Assembly: GCA_965248435.1 (NCBI GenBank)
Contig: OZ252100.1
Coordinates: 672,001 to 736,000 of the forward strand
Origin: Candidatus Latescibacterota bacterium
GTDB taxonomy: Bacteria; Latescibacterota; UBA2968; GCA-2709665
Length of the DNA: 64,000 nucleotides
Direction: 5' to 3'
Below the pieces are notes generated by a model. It saw only the letters and a program-made list of their open reading frames with translations. It made no database searches and was not told where the DNA came from. Numbering within the stretch: position 1 is the first letter of the stretch; each line of letters starts with the position of its first letter. The position numbers were made by a program, and so were the translations under genes. Shown piece by piece: positions 8,480 to 18,734 of this stretch.

Positions 8480-11230
8480 CTAGAGCCCGAGTGCCTCTTG
8501 AACGATCCGCTTCTGGTCTGCCTGATGCACCTGCATGTTTCCCACAGCCGTACTCGCCGATGGTTCCCTGCCGATGAACGTCAACTGTTTCTTGGAGGGC
8601 AGGAACTCGGCGATGTAGTCCTCTATGTAGTTCAATGCACCCTGGTTCTTAGGCTCCTCCTGGACCCAGAAGACCTCCTTCGCGTTCTCATATCGGTCCA
8701 GGACCTTTTCAATCTCGATACCGGGTAGGGGGTGCAACTGCTCCACGCGCACGATGGCGACGGCGTTCGCCTTGTCTCCTTCGCGGCCCTCCAGGATGTC
8801 GAAGTAGACCTTCCCGGAACACAGCACGACGCGCTTCACCTTTTTGGGTTCAGAGATGGAAGCGTCGTCGATCACCTCGTGGAATCGACCTTTCGTCAGG
8901 TCTTCCACGCTCGAAGTCGAGAGCTTGTGACGAAGCAGGCTCTTGGGCTGCATCAAGACGAGGGGCTTCCGGAAACTCCGGTGCATCTGCCTGCGCAGAG
9001 CGTGGAAATACTGGCCTGGTGTCGTCAGGCAGCACACCTGGATGTTGTCCTCCGCGGATAGCTGAAGGTAGCGCTCCAGGCGCGCACTCGAATGCTCCGG
9101 ACCCTGGCCTTCGTAGCCGTGAGGAAGGAGCATGACGAGCCCGCTCATGCGCCCCCACTTCGTCTCCCCGCTCGTGATGTACTGGTCGATGATCGGCTGT
9201 GCCATGTTCGCGAAATCGCCGAACTGCGCCTCCCAGATCGTAAGCTGCCAGGGGTCCGCAGAGCTGATTCCGTACTCGAAACCCACCACAGCCAGCTCAG
9301 ACAGCATCGAGTTCAGGACTGTAAACGTCGCCTTGCCTTCCGCCAGGTGCTCCAGTACAAAGTAGGGTTTTCCGTTCGTGACATCGTGCCAAACGGCGTG
9401 TCTGTGGCTGAACGTCCCCCTCTGACAGTCCTGCCCCGCCAGTCGAATCGAGATACCTTCAAGCAGGAGGCTGCCGAAGGCGAGCATCTCCGCACATCCC
9501 CAGTCGATCGGTGTCTTACCCTCAACCATGTCGCGTCGGGTGGCCAGCAACCGCTCCAGCTTCCTGTATGGTGAAAATCCGTCTGGAATGGTCGTTGCGT
9601 GCTTCGCGACCTTCTTCAGCTCCGTCTTCTTGACGGCGGTTTCCGCAGTCCACTCATCCCCAGGCCGGGTCAGCCCCTTCCAGACCCCACCCAGCGATGC
9701 CATTCGATGCTGCACGTGCTCGGCGCGCGCGGCCTCCTGCGCCTTCAGCAGGCGCTCCCGGACGTTGGACCGCATCCCCTCCACCTCGTCTTTTGTGATC
9801 AGATTGTGCTCCAGGAGACTTTCAGCATAAATCTTATCGACCGAGGGATGTTTGCCGATCTCCTTGTATCGTATCGGCTGGGTATAGGAGGGATCGTCGG
9901 ATTCGTTGTGACCGTACTTTCTGTAGCACCAGAGATCGATGATCACATCCGACTTGAATGCCTGACGAAACGCCATCGCCATTCTGGCCACGTGAACGAC
10001 GGCTTCGGGATCGTCCCCGTTCACGTGAAAGACGGGGGCGTGAATGACCTTCGCCACATCGGAAGGATAGGATGTAAATCGGGTTTGCCGCGGCGTCGCG
10101 GTAAACCCGATTTGATTGTTTACGATGATATGGATCGTGCCGCCGGTGTCGTACCCATTCAACTGCGTGAGGTTAAGCGTCTCGGTTACGATTCCCTGTC
10201 CCGTAAAAGACGCATCTCCGTGGATCAAGACAGGAATCACGCGGCCTTTCTGGATGTCGTCCAGCTGGTGCTGTTTGGCATAGACCATCCCCTCGATCAC
10301 CGGGTTCACAAGCTCCAGATGGCTGGGATTTGGACTGAGAGAGATGTGCACTTCACGTCCCTCCTGTGTAACGTAATCGTGGGAAAATCCCTGGTGATAC
10401 TTGACATCGCCCGACCCCTCGGAGCTCTCTTCCGGCTTCGTGCCCTCGAATTCACTCAGAATGGCCTCATACGGCTTATGCAGCAAATGGGCCAACACGT
10501 TCAGGCGTCCGCGATGGGCCATACCCATCACGATTTCGTCCACCTCCTGCGCCGCTCCCGATTCCGCCAGCGTTGACAGGAGCACGATCTGGGCCTCCCC
10601 GCCTTCAATCGAGAACCGCTTGTGGCCGAGATATTTGGTGTGCAGGAATTGCTCGAACCCCTCGGCAGCCACGAGCTGGGAGAGGATGTCGTGGCACTGT
10701 GACTTGGACAGTTTCGGTCGGTTCAGAACCGGCTCCATCTGCTTGTAGAGCCACTCACGCTGGCTTTTGAAAGGAATCTCCGTGAATTCCACTCCGATCG
10801 TCCTGCAGTAGGTCTGCCTGAGCTTGTCGATCAGGTCCCTGAGCGATCCGTCCGTCGGTCCCACAAACCCGCCGGAGCCGACCTGGCGATCCATGTCATC
10901 TTTGGAGAATCCACACTCGGAAATGTCCAGAAGGGGGTGTGCAGGCCTCTCGTAGCTCAGGGGATCCAGGTTCGATTCGAGGTGGCCGAAGGCCCGGAAG
11001 TTGTGAACAAGCCCGAAGGCACCCTTATCACGGGATGTATCATCATCCTCGAATTTGCCATCCCCGGACGCTGCCGCTGTCCCGGCTCCCCCGCTGCCCA
11101 GCTCGAATCCCGAGAAGAATACCAGCCACTCCTGGCCCAGTGAATCGGGATCGGCCTTGTACTGCTCGTAGAGATCCTCGACATAGTCCAGGCTCGAAAG
11201 GTTGGTAAAATCGATCTTATTCATGGTCAT
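8480..11230 (-). CDS. sucA: 2-oxoglutarate dehydrogenase E1
   Basis: KRFSIEG, GMAHRGRLN, GDVKYH, HGDASFTGQG, WEAQFGDF and GPEHSSAR motifs. Confidence 0.97.
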   Translation of the reverse strand: MTMNKIDFTNLSSLDYVEDLYEQYKADPDSLGQEWLVFFSGFELGSGGAGTAAASGDGKFEDDDTSRDKGAFGLVHNFRAFGHLESNLDPLSYERPAHPLLDISECGFSKDDMDRQVGSGGFVGPTDGSLRDLIDKLRQTYCRTIGVEFTEIPFKSQREWLYKQMEPVLNRPKLSKSQCHDILSQLVAAEGFEQFLHTKYLGHKRFSIEGGEAQIVLLSTLAESGAAQEVDEIVMGMAHRGRLNVLAHLLHKPYEAILSEFEGTKPEESSEGSGDVKYHQGFSHDYVTQEGREVHISLSPNPSHLELVNPVIEGMVYAKQHQLDDIQKGRVIPVLIHGDASFTGQGIVTETLNLTQLNGYDTGGTIHIIVNNQIGFTATPRQTRFTSYPSDVAKVIHAPVFHVNGDDPEAVVHVARMAMAFRQAFKSDVIIDLWCYRKYGHNESDDPSYTQPIRYKEIGKHPSVDKIYAESLLEHNLITKDEVEGMRSNVRERLLKAQEAARAEHVQHRMASLGGVWKGLTRPGDEWTAETAVKKTELKKVAKHATTIPDGFSPYRKLERLLATRRDMVEGKTPIDWGCAEMLAFGSLLLEGISIRLAGQDCQRGTFSHRHAVWHDVTNGKPYFVLEHLAEGKATFTVLNSMLSELAVVGFEYGISSADPWQLTIWEAQFGDFANMAQPIIDQYITSGETKWGRMSGLVMLLPHGYEGQGPEHSSARLERYLQLSAEDNIQVCCLTTPGQYFHALRRQMHRSFRKPLVLMQPKSLLRHKLSTSSVEDLTKGRFHEVIDDASISEPKKVKRVVLCSGKVYFDILEGREGDKANAVAIVRVEQLHPLPGIEIEKVLDRYENAKEVFWVQEEPKNQGALNYIEDYIAEFLPSKKQLTFIGREPSASTAVGNMQVHQADQKRIVQEALGL

Positions 11231-11354
11231 TCCTCAGCCGCACCAGGAGAAACTGCAATCCCTTCGCCCGTATTCCAGGGCGCAAATGTAATACTCCCGG
11301 GTACTTATTGTCAAGCCAAACGAGGCTGTGAGCCGATGTATAAACGGTTATCCT

Positions 11355-11440
11355 CGACCACCGACCGCGGACCACGGACCGGTTAAACCCAAAAGATGGC
11401 GCTATTCATCTCGCCGTCTGCCGTCCGTGGTCTGCCGTCC
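11355..11440. repeat. Palindromic element built from degenerate 7-mers (GACC(A/G)C-type units, then the inverted arm)
   Basis: cgaccac cgaccgc ggaccac ggaccgg ... gccgtct gccgtcc gtggtct gccgtcc. Related copies lie at 21904 and 30577. Confidence 0.75.
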
Positions 11441-11599
11441 GCATCTCCGACAACTCTTTGTTTTACAAAAAGATTGCGCACAGGTCGCGTTCTCCGATTC
11501 AGGTAAGGCCCGCAATTTTTGGGGTCGTTGCCCTTTCCGAGACCGGAGATCGGACCGGAGCGTCCCGGCGGACGAGGGGTCTCAAGTCTAATGTTTTTC

Positions 11600-11628
11600 T
11601 TGACACGTCCCACGATTAATTTTATATT
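11600..11628 (+). promoter_or_regulatory. sigma70-type promoter of the ilv-leu operon
   Basis: TTGACA (11600-11605)-N17-TATATT (11623-11628). Confidence 0.75.
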
Positions 11629-11686
11629 TTTCAACAGCTAAAGACACACTTTGAGGAATCACACTATCATTCTGAGCTTGAGACAA

Positions 11687-11797
11687 ATGTTGACATTCCA
11701 CTCACCTTTTGATTCCGCCGCCCGCCTGCACCCACCGCGTCTTGCCAGGATTATTCTGATCCTCCCCGTACTTCTGAGCCTCAAACTGACTATATAG
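11687..11797 (+). CDS. Branched-chain amino acid attenuator leader peptide (36 aa)
   Basis: Manual translation MLTFHSPFDSAARLHPPRLARIILILPVLLSLKLTI*. The C-terminal run is rich in I/L/V and lies between the promoter and ilvN. Confidence 0.75.
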   Translation: MLTFHSPFDSAARLHPPRLARIILILPVLLSLKLTI

Positions 11798-11899
11798 TCA
11801 GAGGCACCATCTCGAGTCGTTCTCCAATAACAGAAAGGACCAGGGATTGAGCCTCTGAAGCGATTCAAAGGCAGTCGCCGCCTTATATCTACTAAAGGA
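11778..11899 (+). promoter_or_regulatory. Alternative-helix attenuator ending in Shine-Dalgarno sequestration
   Basis: Mutually exclusive pairings among GCCTC..CTGACT, AGTCAGAGGC, GCCTCTGAA, TTCAAAGGC, GCCTT and AAGG(A). Confidence 0.6.
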
Positions 11900-11907
11900 T
11901 GTTGATC

Positions 11908-12417
11908 ATGGCCGAACAGCACACCATCTCTGCCCTCGTCGAAAACCACTTCGGGGTTCTATGCCGCGTCTCGGGGCTCTTCTCCAGCCGGGGATTCAAC
12001 ATCGATAGCCTCTCCGTCGGAGAGACCGAAGACCCCAGCATCTCACGAATGACGATTGTCGTCAAGGGGGACGACGCAGTTCTGGAACAGGTCGTAAAAC
12101 AGCTCAATCGTCTCGTCGACGTGATCCGGGTGATCGACATTACGCAAGGCAAATTTGTCGAACGCGAGTTGGCCTTGATCAAAGTAAAAGCAGACACTGC
12201 AACACGTTCCGAGATTATTCAGATTGCAGAGGTCTTCAGGGCGAACATCGTCGACGTCAGCACGGCCTCGATGACGATTGAAACAACGGGAAAAGAAGAC
12301 AAGATCTTGGCGATCATCAACATGCTCCGGACATACGGAATTAAAGAGATCGCCCGCACGGGCAACGTGGCCCTCCTACGGGATTACCAGCCCAAGGTCG
12401 ATTCGGGTGCGGAGTAG
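11908..12417 (+). CDS. ilvN: Acetolactate synthase small (regulatory) subunit
   Basis: [34 protein letters not shown] domain. SD AAAGGA lies 8 nt before ATG 11908. Confidence 0.95.
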   Translation: MAEQHTISALVENHFGVLCRVSGLFSSRGFNIDSLSVGETEDPSISRMTIVVKGDDAVLEQVVKQLNRLVDVIRVIDITQGKFVERELALIKVKADTATRSEIIQIAEVFRANIVDVSTASMTIETTGKEDKILAIINMLRTYGIKEIARTGNVALLRDYQPKVDSGAE

Positions 12418-12461
12418 GAACCACATTAACCTGAGGATCATTCAGGGGAGGAGTATTCGAA

Positions 12462-13457
12462 ATGCGGATGTACTATGATAAGGATGCAGACCTCGGCGTC
12501 TTGAACGGCAAGACCGTGACCGTGATTGGCTACGGAAGCCAGGGCCACGCCCATTCCCTAAATCTACACGAAAGCGGCGTCAAGGTCGTCGTGGGTCTTC
12601 GCGAGGGAAGCGGTTCCTGGCAGTCGGCAGAGGACGCCGGACTGAAGGTGATGCCCATATCTGACGCAGCCAGCGCCGGTGACGTCATTATGATCCTCAT
12701 CAACGACGAAGTGCAGGGAAAGGTCTACAACGAACAGATCGCGCAGGGTCTGATGGGTGGTAACGCAATCGCCTTCGCGCACGGATTCAACATCCACTTC
12801 GGACAGGTGGTGCCGCCCGCGGATGTTGACGTCTTCATGGTTGCGCCCAAGGGTCCCGGACATCTGGTACGTCGCGTTTTCTCTCGTGGAGGCGGCGTGC
12901 CTGCCCTCCTGGCCATCCACCAGAATCCGACAGGAAAGGCAAGAGAGGTTGGACTGGCCTATGCGAAAGGCCTCGGAACGACCCGGGCCGGCGTGATCGA
13001 GACGACCTTCAAGGAAGAGACGGAGACGGATCTGTTCGGGGAGCAGGCGGTGTTGTGCGGTGGGATGACCGAGCTCATCCGTGCCAGCTTCGACACCCTG
13101 GTCGAGGCTGGATATCAGCCGGAAATTGCCTATTTCGAGTGTCTCCACGAGGTGAAACTGATCGTAGATTTGATCTACGAAGGCGGCATCGCCAACATGC
13201 GTTCCTCCATCTCAGACACGGCCGAATTTGGCGATCTAACGCGGGGCAGACGCATTGTGACGGATAAGACGCGTCAAACAATGAAAAAGATTCTGGATGA
13301 AATCCAGTCAGGCGTGTTTGCCAAGGAGTGGCTGCAGGAGAATCAGGTGGGCCGCCCTGTCTACTCTGCGCGGAAGCGTCAGGACCAGAACCACCTGATC
13401 GAAGAGGTGGGCGCAAAACTGAGGGGGATGATGCCCTGGCTGAAAGAGGATGAGTAA
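12462..13457 (+). CDS. ilvC: Ketol-acid reductoisomerase
   Basis: [16 protein letters not shown] and [14 protein letters not shown] motifs. Confidence 0.98.
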   Translation: MRMYYDKDADLGVLNGKTVTVIGYGSQGHAHSLNLHESGVKVVVGLREGSGSWQSAEDAGLKVMPISDAASAGDVIMILINDEVQGKVYNEQIAQGLMGGNAIAFAHGFNIHFGQVVPPADVDVFMVAPKGPGHLVRRVFSRGGGVPALLAIHQNPTGKAREVGLAYAKGLGTTRAGVIETTFKEETETDLFGEQAVLCGGMTELIRASFDTLVEAGYQPEIAYFECLHEVKLIVDLIYEGGIANMRSSISDTAEFGDLTRGRRIVTDKTRQTMKKILDEIQSGVFAKEWLQENQVGRPVYSARKRQDQNHLIEEVGAKLRGMMPWLKEDE

Positions 13458-13478
13458 CGAGAAGCCCAATCAGGTTAA

Positions 13479-13611
13479 CGTTCCAGTGTAAAGGGGGTGA
13501 GGACAGATGGAACCCGGTCTTGGTGACCTGAAGGAGAATAGCGAGCTCTGGCTTATCGGGCAGGTGGAACTGGAGCGCCGGTGGGTTCCATCTGCCAAAA
13601 GGACCGATTGA
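13479..13611 (+). promoter_or_regulatory. Structured leuA leader with a 34-codon uORF (13507-13611)
   Basis: 12-bp perfect inverted repeat CAGATGGAACCC/GGGTTCCATCTG (13504-13515/13583-13594) covers an ATG that follows GGGGGTGAGG. Confidence 0.45.
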
Positions 13612-13636
13612 CTCCGGCGTAAGGAGGTCTTAGAAG

Positions 13637-15181
13637 ATGTCAGAACATGATCGTGTTATCATCTTTGACACCACGTTGAGAGATGCCGAGCAGACCCCCG
13701 GGGCATCTTTGACCGTGCGGGAAAAGCTGGAGATTGCGCACCAGCTGGCCCGACTAAAGGTAGACGTTATCGAAGCAGGTTTTCCGATCTCTTCGAACGA
13801 AGATTTCGAGGCCGTCCACCGGGTCGCGTCTGAAGTCGAGGGACCTATCATCTGCGGGCTGGCGAGGGCGCTGCCGCAGGACGTGGATCGCGCGTGCGAG
13901 GCGCTTCGTGATTCGCCGAATCCCCGGCTGCACACCTTTATCGGAACGTCTCCCAACCACATCGAAATGTTGCGGAAAAAGCCCGCGGACGTCCTCAAGA
14001 TGGCTGTGGCTGCCGTGGAGAACGCGAAGTCAAAGGTGGAAGATGTAGAGTTTTCCCCGATGGACGCCACGCGGACGGAGCCCGAGTACCTCTTCGAGGT
14101 CCTCACAGCCACGATCGACGCCGGCGCCACGACAGTCAACATCCCCGACACCGTCGGCTATGCCGTCCCGGAGCAGTTCGGTGCGCTCATTCGGGACATC
14201 ATCAAGCATGTGTCCAACATCCAGAAGGCCGTGATCAGCGTCCACTGTCACGACGATCTCGGCATGGCCGTTTCCAACACCTTGATCGCCCTGAAAAACG
14301 GCGCCCGCCAGGCGGAGTGTACGATAAACGGCCTCGGCGAGAGGGCCGGGAATGCCTCGCTCGAAGAGATCGCCATGGCCGTGCGCACACGGCGTGACTA
14401 TTTCAATATCGACTCCAACATCGAATCCCGGGAAATCACTCACACCAGTCGGCTCGTCAGCCGGTTGATGGGCATCGGCGTCCCGCCCAACAAGGCGATC
14501 GTCGGATCAAACGCCTTCGCGCACAGTTCCGGCATCCACCAGGACGGTGTCTTGAAGCAGCGGGAAAACTTCGAAATCATCGCACCCCAGGATGTCGGCC
14601 TGGAGGACACGCAGATCGTGCTCACTGCTCGGTCCGGCCGCCACGCCCTGCGACACCGGCTGGAAAAACTGGGAACTCAGCTCTCTCAGGAGGACCTGGA
14701 TAAGACTTATGAACGCTTTCTGCGCGTCGCGGACAAAAAGAAGGAGGTCTATGACGAGGACCTGATCGCGATCGTGAGCGACGAAATCCGGGACATTCCC
14801 GAAAAGTACCACCTCGACTACCTCCACACAGTCAGCGGGACTGGAACGGTCCCATCCGCCACCGTCCGGCTCCGCGTGGACAACAAAGAAACCATTCAGG
14901 AATCCGCCTGGGGAGACGGCCCCGTCGACGCCACCTACCGGGCCATCGCCAAGGCCACCAAAACCGTCATCAAAGTGGATGAGTATATCATCCGCTCTGT
15001 AACGAGCGGGGCCGAGGCCATGGGCGAAGTCAACCTGCGCGTCACCCAGAACGGCCTGCACGCAACAGGGCGCGGCGCCTCTACGGATATCATCGAGGCC
15101 AGCGCAAAGGCCTACGTCGACGCGCTCAACCGGCTGGCTGCACGCAAGAAGATGAGTGGACCTCAGCCAGAAGGGGTTTAA
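13637..15181 (+). CDS. leuA: 2-isopropylmalate synthase
   Basis: DTTLRDAEQ, HCHDDLG, GERAGN, and a C-terminal regulatory domain (GDGPVDA). Confidence 0.97.
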   Translation: MSEHDRVIIFDTTLRDAEQTPGASLTVREKLEIAHQLARLKVDVIEAGFPISSNEDFEAVHRVASEVEGPIICGLARALPQDVDRACEALRDSPNPRLHTFIGTSPNHIEMLRKKPADVLKMAVAAVENAKSKVEDVEFSPMDATRTEPEYLFEVLTATIDAGATTVNIPDTVGYAVPEQFGALIRDIIKHVSNIQKAVISVHCHDDLGMAVSNTLIALKNGARQAECTINGLGERAGNASLEEIAMAVRTRRDYFNIDSNIESREITHTSRLVSRLMGIGVPPNKAIVGSNAFAHSSGIHQDGVLKQRENFEIIAPQDVGLEDTQIVLTARSGRHALRHRLEKLGTQLSQEDLDKTYERFLRVADKKKEVYDEDLIAIVSDEIRDIPEKYHLDYLHTVSGTGTVPSATVRLRVDNKETIQESAWGDGPVDATYRAIAKATKTVIKVDEYIIRSVTSGAEAMGEVNLRVTQNGLHATGRGASTDIIEASAKAYVDALNRLAARKKMSGPQPEGV

Positions 15182-15234
15182 AGGCCGTCGTTCGTGAGAT
15201 CGCTTTTCCGAGTAGCCTTGTGCGCACACTCCGC

Positions 15235-15360
15235 TTGTCATTCCGAGCGTCAGCGAGGAATCTCAACAGGCAACGCAGCAGCCGCTACGTTGGCGTGAGA
15301 GATCGGCGAGTACTTCGCTCTTGAGATTCCTCGTCGCCAAAGGGCTCCTCGGAATGACAA
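15235..15360. mobile_element. Non-autonomous palindromic element (RPE/REP-like MITE)
   Basis: Terminal inverted repeats TTGTCATTCCGAG/CTCGGAATGACAA and inner repeats CGAGGAATCTCAA/TTGAGATTCCTCG. Confidence 0.75.
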
Positions 15361-15423
15361 ACTTAGCTCTGGAGAGTTTCGGTTCTTTATTAAACCCGGC
15401 TGCGAGGGGGTTGGGCATCCTCC

Positions 15424-15462
15424 TTCATCATTCGACATTCTGCTTTTCGACACTCATCGTTC
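15424..15462. repeat. Degenerate 7-mer tandem repeat (TTCGACA-like)
   Basis: ttcatca ttcgaca ttctgct t ttcgaca ctcatcg. Confidence 0.5.
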
Positions 15463-15488
15463 CATTTCTTGAGGGGTAAACGCCAACA

Positions 15489-16892
15489 ATGGGCCAGAGT
15501 CTGTTTCAAAAGGTCTGGGATGCGCACACCGTCCGTGAGCTCCCTTCGGGTCAAACCCAGCTCTTCGTCGGGCTGCATCTGATCCACGAAGTCACCAGCC
15601 CGCAGGCCTTTCAGATGATGCGGGAACGCGGCCTCGCAGTCGCCTATCCGGAGCGGACGTTCGCGACGGTCGATCACATCGTGCCCACCGAGATCCGAAC
15701 CCGGCCCTTCATCGACAACCTGGCTGAAGAAATGATGGGGGCCCTCGAAGAGAACACCGATGAGTTCGAGATCCCCCTCTTCGGCCTGAACGACGATCGC
15801 CAGGGGATCGTGCACGTTATCGGCCCCGAACTCGGACTCACACAGCCCGGCATGACCATCGCCTGCGGAGACAGCCACACCTCCACCCACGGCGCGTTCG
15901 GGGCGATCGCCCTCGGCATCGGCACCTCTCAGGTCCGCGACGTCCTGGCCACGCAGTGCCTGGCGCTGGAGCCACTCAAGGTCCGCCGAATCCTCGTGAC
16001 CGGCTCGCTGCCTTCCGGCGTTTACGCTAAGGACGTGATCCTCAACATCATCCGCCGGCTCGGGGTGAAGGGTGGCGTCGGTTACGCCTACGAATACGGC
16101 GGTTCCGTTCTCGACGCAATGAGCATGGAAGAACGCATGTCCGTCTGCAACATGTCGATCGAGGGAGGCGCAAGGGCCGGCTATGTCAATCCGGATCAGA
16201 CGACGTTCGACTATTTGGAAGGCCGTCCCCATATCCCATCGGGTGACGCCTTCGGCCGTGCCGTAGATTGGTGGACCTCGATGGCCTCCGACAGGGATGC
16301 CGACTACGACGATGTCTTCGAGCTTGACGCCATCCAGTTGGAGCCGACGGTCACGTGGGGCATCAATCCAGGCCAGGGGATCTTCGTGACCGAGAAGATT
16401 CCGAAGCCTGAGGATGTGTCCGAAGGCGAACGGGACGCCGTCACCGAAGCCTGCGAATTCATGGACTTCAAACCCGGCGCACCCATTGCCGGAACGCGGA
16501 TCGACGTCGCCTTCATCGGCTCCTGCACAAACAGCCGCATCTCCGATCTGAGAGAGGCTGCCAAGATCGCAAAAGGTCAGCGAGTTTCGCCCAACATCAA
16601 GGCCCTTGTCGTCCCGGGATCTCAAGCGGTGCGCAAGGCAGCCGAGGCGGAAGGGCTTCACGAAGTCTTCAAGGCGTCCGGTTTCGAGTGGCGGGACGCA
16701 GGGTGCTCGATGTGTCTTGCCATGAACCCGGACAAGCTTCAGGGTCGTGAGATCTGCGCGTCTTCCAGCAACCGCAATTTTAAAGGCCGGCAGGGCAGCC
16801 CGACGGGCCGAACCCTCCTGATGAGTCCGGCCATGGTCGCAGCCGCCGCTATCGCCGGAGAGGTCGTTGACGTACGTCAGCTTATGAATTGA
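15489..16892 (+). CDS. leuC: 3-isopropylmalate dehydratase large subunit
   Basis: [29 protein letters not shown] and NRNFKGRQG motifs. Confidence 0.98.
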   Translation: MGQSLFQKVWDAHTVRELPSGQTQLFVGLHLIHEVTSPQAFQMMRERGLAVAYPERTFATVDHIVPTEIRTRPFIDNLAEEMMGALEENTDEFEIPLFGLNDDRQGIVHVIGPELGLTQPGMTIACGDSHTSTHGAFGAIALGIGTSQVRDVLATQCLALEPLKVRRILVTGSLPSGVYAKDVILNIIRRLGVKGGVGYAYEYGGSVLDAMSMEERMSVCNMSIEGGARAGYVNPDQTTFDYLEGRPHIPSGDAFGRAVDWWTSMASDRDADYDDVFELDAIQLEPTVTWGINPGQGIFVTEKIPKPEDVSEGERDAVTEACEFMDFKPGAPIAGTRIDVAFIGSCTNSRISDLREAAKIAKGQRVSPNIKALVVPGSQAVRKAAEAEGLHEVFKASGFEWRDAGCSMCLAMNPDKLQGREICASSSNRNFKGRQGSPTGRTLLMSPAMVAAAAIAGEVVDVRQLMN

Positions 16893-16906
16893 GGGAAGGA
16901 AGCTTT

Positions 16907-17503
16907 ATGTCCGCATCCATCTCATCCGTCGTCAACGTGTCAGGTCGCGGCATCCCGGTCCGCGGGAACGACATCGATACCGACCGTGTCATCCCCGCAC
17001 GCTACTTGATCAGCATCACGTTCGAGGGGCTTGGCGAACACGCCTTCGAGGACGATCGAAAGTCGACGGATCACCCCTTTGACGACTCGAGGTTCCAGGG
17101 CGCTTCGATTCTGATCGCCAACGCCAACTTCGGGTGCGGATCTTCTCGGGAGCACGCCCCCCAGGCCCTGATGCGGTGGGGCATCCGGGCGCTGGTGGCC
17201 GAATCGTTCGCCGAAATCTTCCAGGGAAACGCAACGGCAATGGGTGTCCCCTGCGTCACCGCCTCGCCTGAGGACGTCGGCGCGCTTATGGAGACCGTAG
17301 ACGGAGACCCCGCACAGGAGATCACCGTCGACCTGCGGGAAAAGACGCTGACCTGTGGCCAGACGGTAATTCCACTGGAGATCCCTGACGGCACCCGTGT
17401 CCAGCTTCTGGAGGGGGCGTGGGACGCCACCGGCATGCTGCTCGAGGGAGCCGAAAAAGTGCGCAGTGTCGCGAAGGGCCTGCCTTATATTTCAGGATTC
17501 TGA
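16907..17503 (+). CDS. leuD: 3-isopropylmalate dehydratase small subunit
   Basis: DIDTDRVIPA and NFGCGSSREHA motifs. Confidence 0.97.
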   Translation: MSASISSVVNVSGRGIPVRGNDIDTDRVIPARYLISITFEGLGEHAFEDDRKSTDHPFDDSRFQGASILIANANFGCGSSREHAPQALMRWGIRALVAESFAEIFQGNATAMGVPCVTASPEDVGALMETVDGDPAQEITVDLREKTLTCGQTVIPLEIPDGTRVQLLEGAWDATGMLLEGAEKVRSVAKGLPYISGF

Positions 17504-17634
17504 ATCTAACACACCACCGAGGTTTACGCCTCGCTGCTGACGGCGAACCTGGTGGCTGAGGTTGGCTGTCGTCAGACGATCGTCCGTTGCCGAACGACCT
17601 GATGCGGCAATGGACTTTTTCATTTGGAGGGACT

Positions 17635-18699
17635 TTGGCACACAAGATAGCAGTGATTCCTGGTGACGGCACGGGGGCGGAGGTGGTCGCCGAAGGCCTC
17701 AAGTGCCTGGAGACCGCGGCTGAAAAGTGCGGCTTCAAGTACGAGACCGTCGAATTCGACTTTGGTGGGGAGCGCTACAAACGGACCGGAGAGACCCTTC
17801 CCGACTCCGGGCTGGAGGAGTTGAGGTCCTTCAAAGCCATTTACCTCGGGGCCATCGGCCATCCTGATGTCAAACCGGGGATCCTGGAAAAGGGCATTCT
17901 CCTTCGCATCCGATTCGAGCTCGACCAGTACATCAACCTGCGTCCCGTCAAGCTCTACCCGAACGTCGACTGTCCGTTGAAGGGCAAGGGCCCTGAGGAG
18001 ATCGACTTCGTCGTCGTCCGCGAGAATACGGAGGGAATTTACACCGGGGCAGGTGGTTTTCTGAAGCGCGGCACGCCGGACGAAGTCGCGATGCAGGAAT
18101 CGATCAACACCCGGAAGGGCGTGGAGCGCTGCCTTCGCTACGCCTTCGAGTTCACCCGAAAGCGGAACCAGGAAAAGACGCTCACTCTGTGTGGCAAGAC
18201 CAACGTCCTTACCTATGCCTTCGACCTCTGGGAGCGCGCCTTCCACGAAGTCGGCGAAGCAGACTACCCGGATATCAAGAGAGATTATGCCCACGTAGAC
18301 GCGACCTGTATGTGGATGGTCAAAAACCCGGAATGGTTCGACGTGATCGTCACCGACAACATATTCGGGGACATCATCACCGACCTCGGAGCGATGATCC
18401 AGGGCGGCATGGGCGTCGCCGCCGGCGGGAACATCAACCCGGAAGGCACCTCCATGTTCGAGCCGATCGGCGGCTCCGCGCCGAAATACACCGGTCAGGG
18501 CATCATCAACCCGATCGCCTCCATCGCCGCGTGTCAGATGATGCTGGACACGCTCGGCGAAGAGAAAGCGGCGTCCATCCTCGAGGATGCGATCATCGAA
18601 GTCGTCGGCACGAAGCTGAAGAGCATGGGCGCAGGCCAGATGGGCTACAGCACGTCGGAGGTCGGAGATCTTGTCGCAGATGCAGTAGCCAGGGCGTAG
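17635..18699 (+). CDS. leuB: 3-isopropylmalate dehydrogenase
   Basis: [25 protein letters not shown] and EPIGGSAP motifs. TTG start after GGAGG. Confidence 0.93.
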   Translation: MAHKIAVIPGDGTGAEVVAEGLKCLETAAEKCGFKYETVEFDFGGERYKRTGETLPDSGLEELRSFKAIYLGAIGHPDVKPGILEKGILLRIRFELDQYINLRPVKLYPNVDCPLKGKGPEEIDFVVVRENTEGIYTGAGGFLKRGTPDEVAMQESINTRKGVERCLRYAFEFTRKRNQEKTLTLCGKTNVLTYAFDLWERAFHEVGEADYPDIKRDYAHVDATCMWMVKNPEWFDVIVTDNIFGDIITDLGAMIQGGMGVAAGGNINPEGTSMFEPIGGSAPKYTGQGIINPIASIAACQMMLDTLGEEKAASILEDAIIEVVGTKLKSMGAGQMGYSTSEVGDLVADAVARA

Positions 18700-18734
18700 G
18701 ACCACACAGGTTGGACCACAGTGGAGGAACTCAC

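Noticed and set aside
17514-17556. Hairpin between leuD and leuB
   Set aside because: Single imperfect stem without a U-tract or a second copy; no function can be supported
18189-18734. Long N-terminal extension of MsrA in the ORF track (similar cases for lpdA, gatB, MATE, ecfT, comEC and the Q-salvage gene)
   Set aside because: The extensions overlap upstream genes, promoters or repeats; downstream starts, several with clear SD sequences, fit the family lengths
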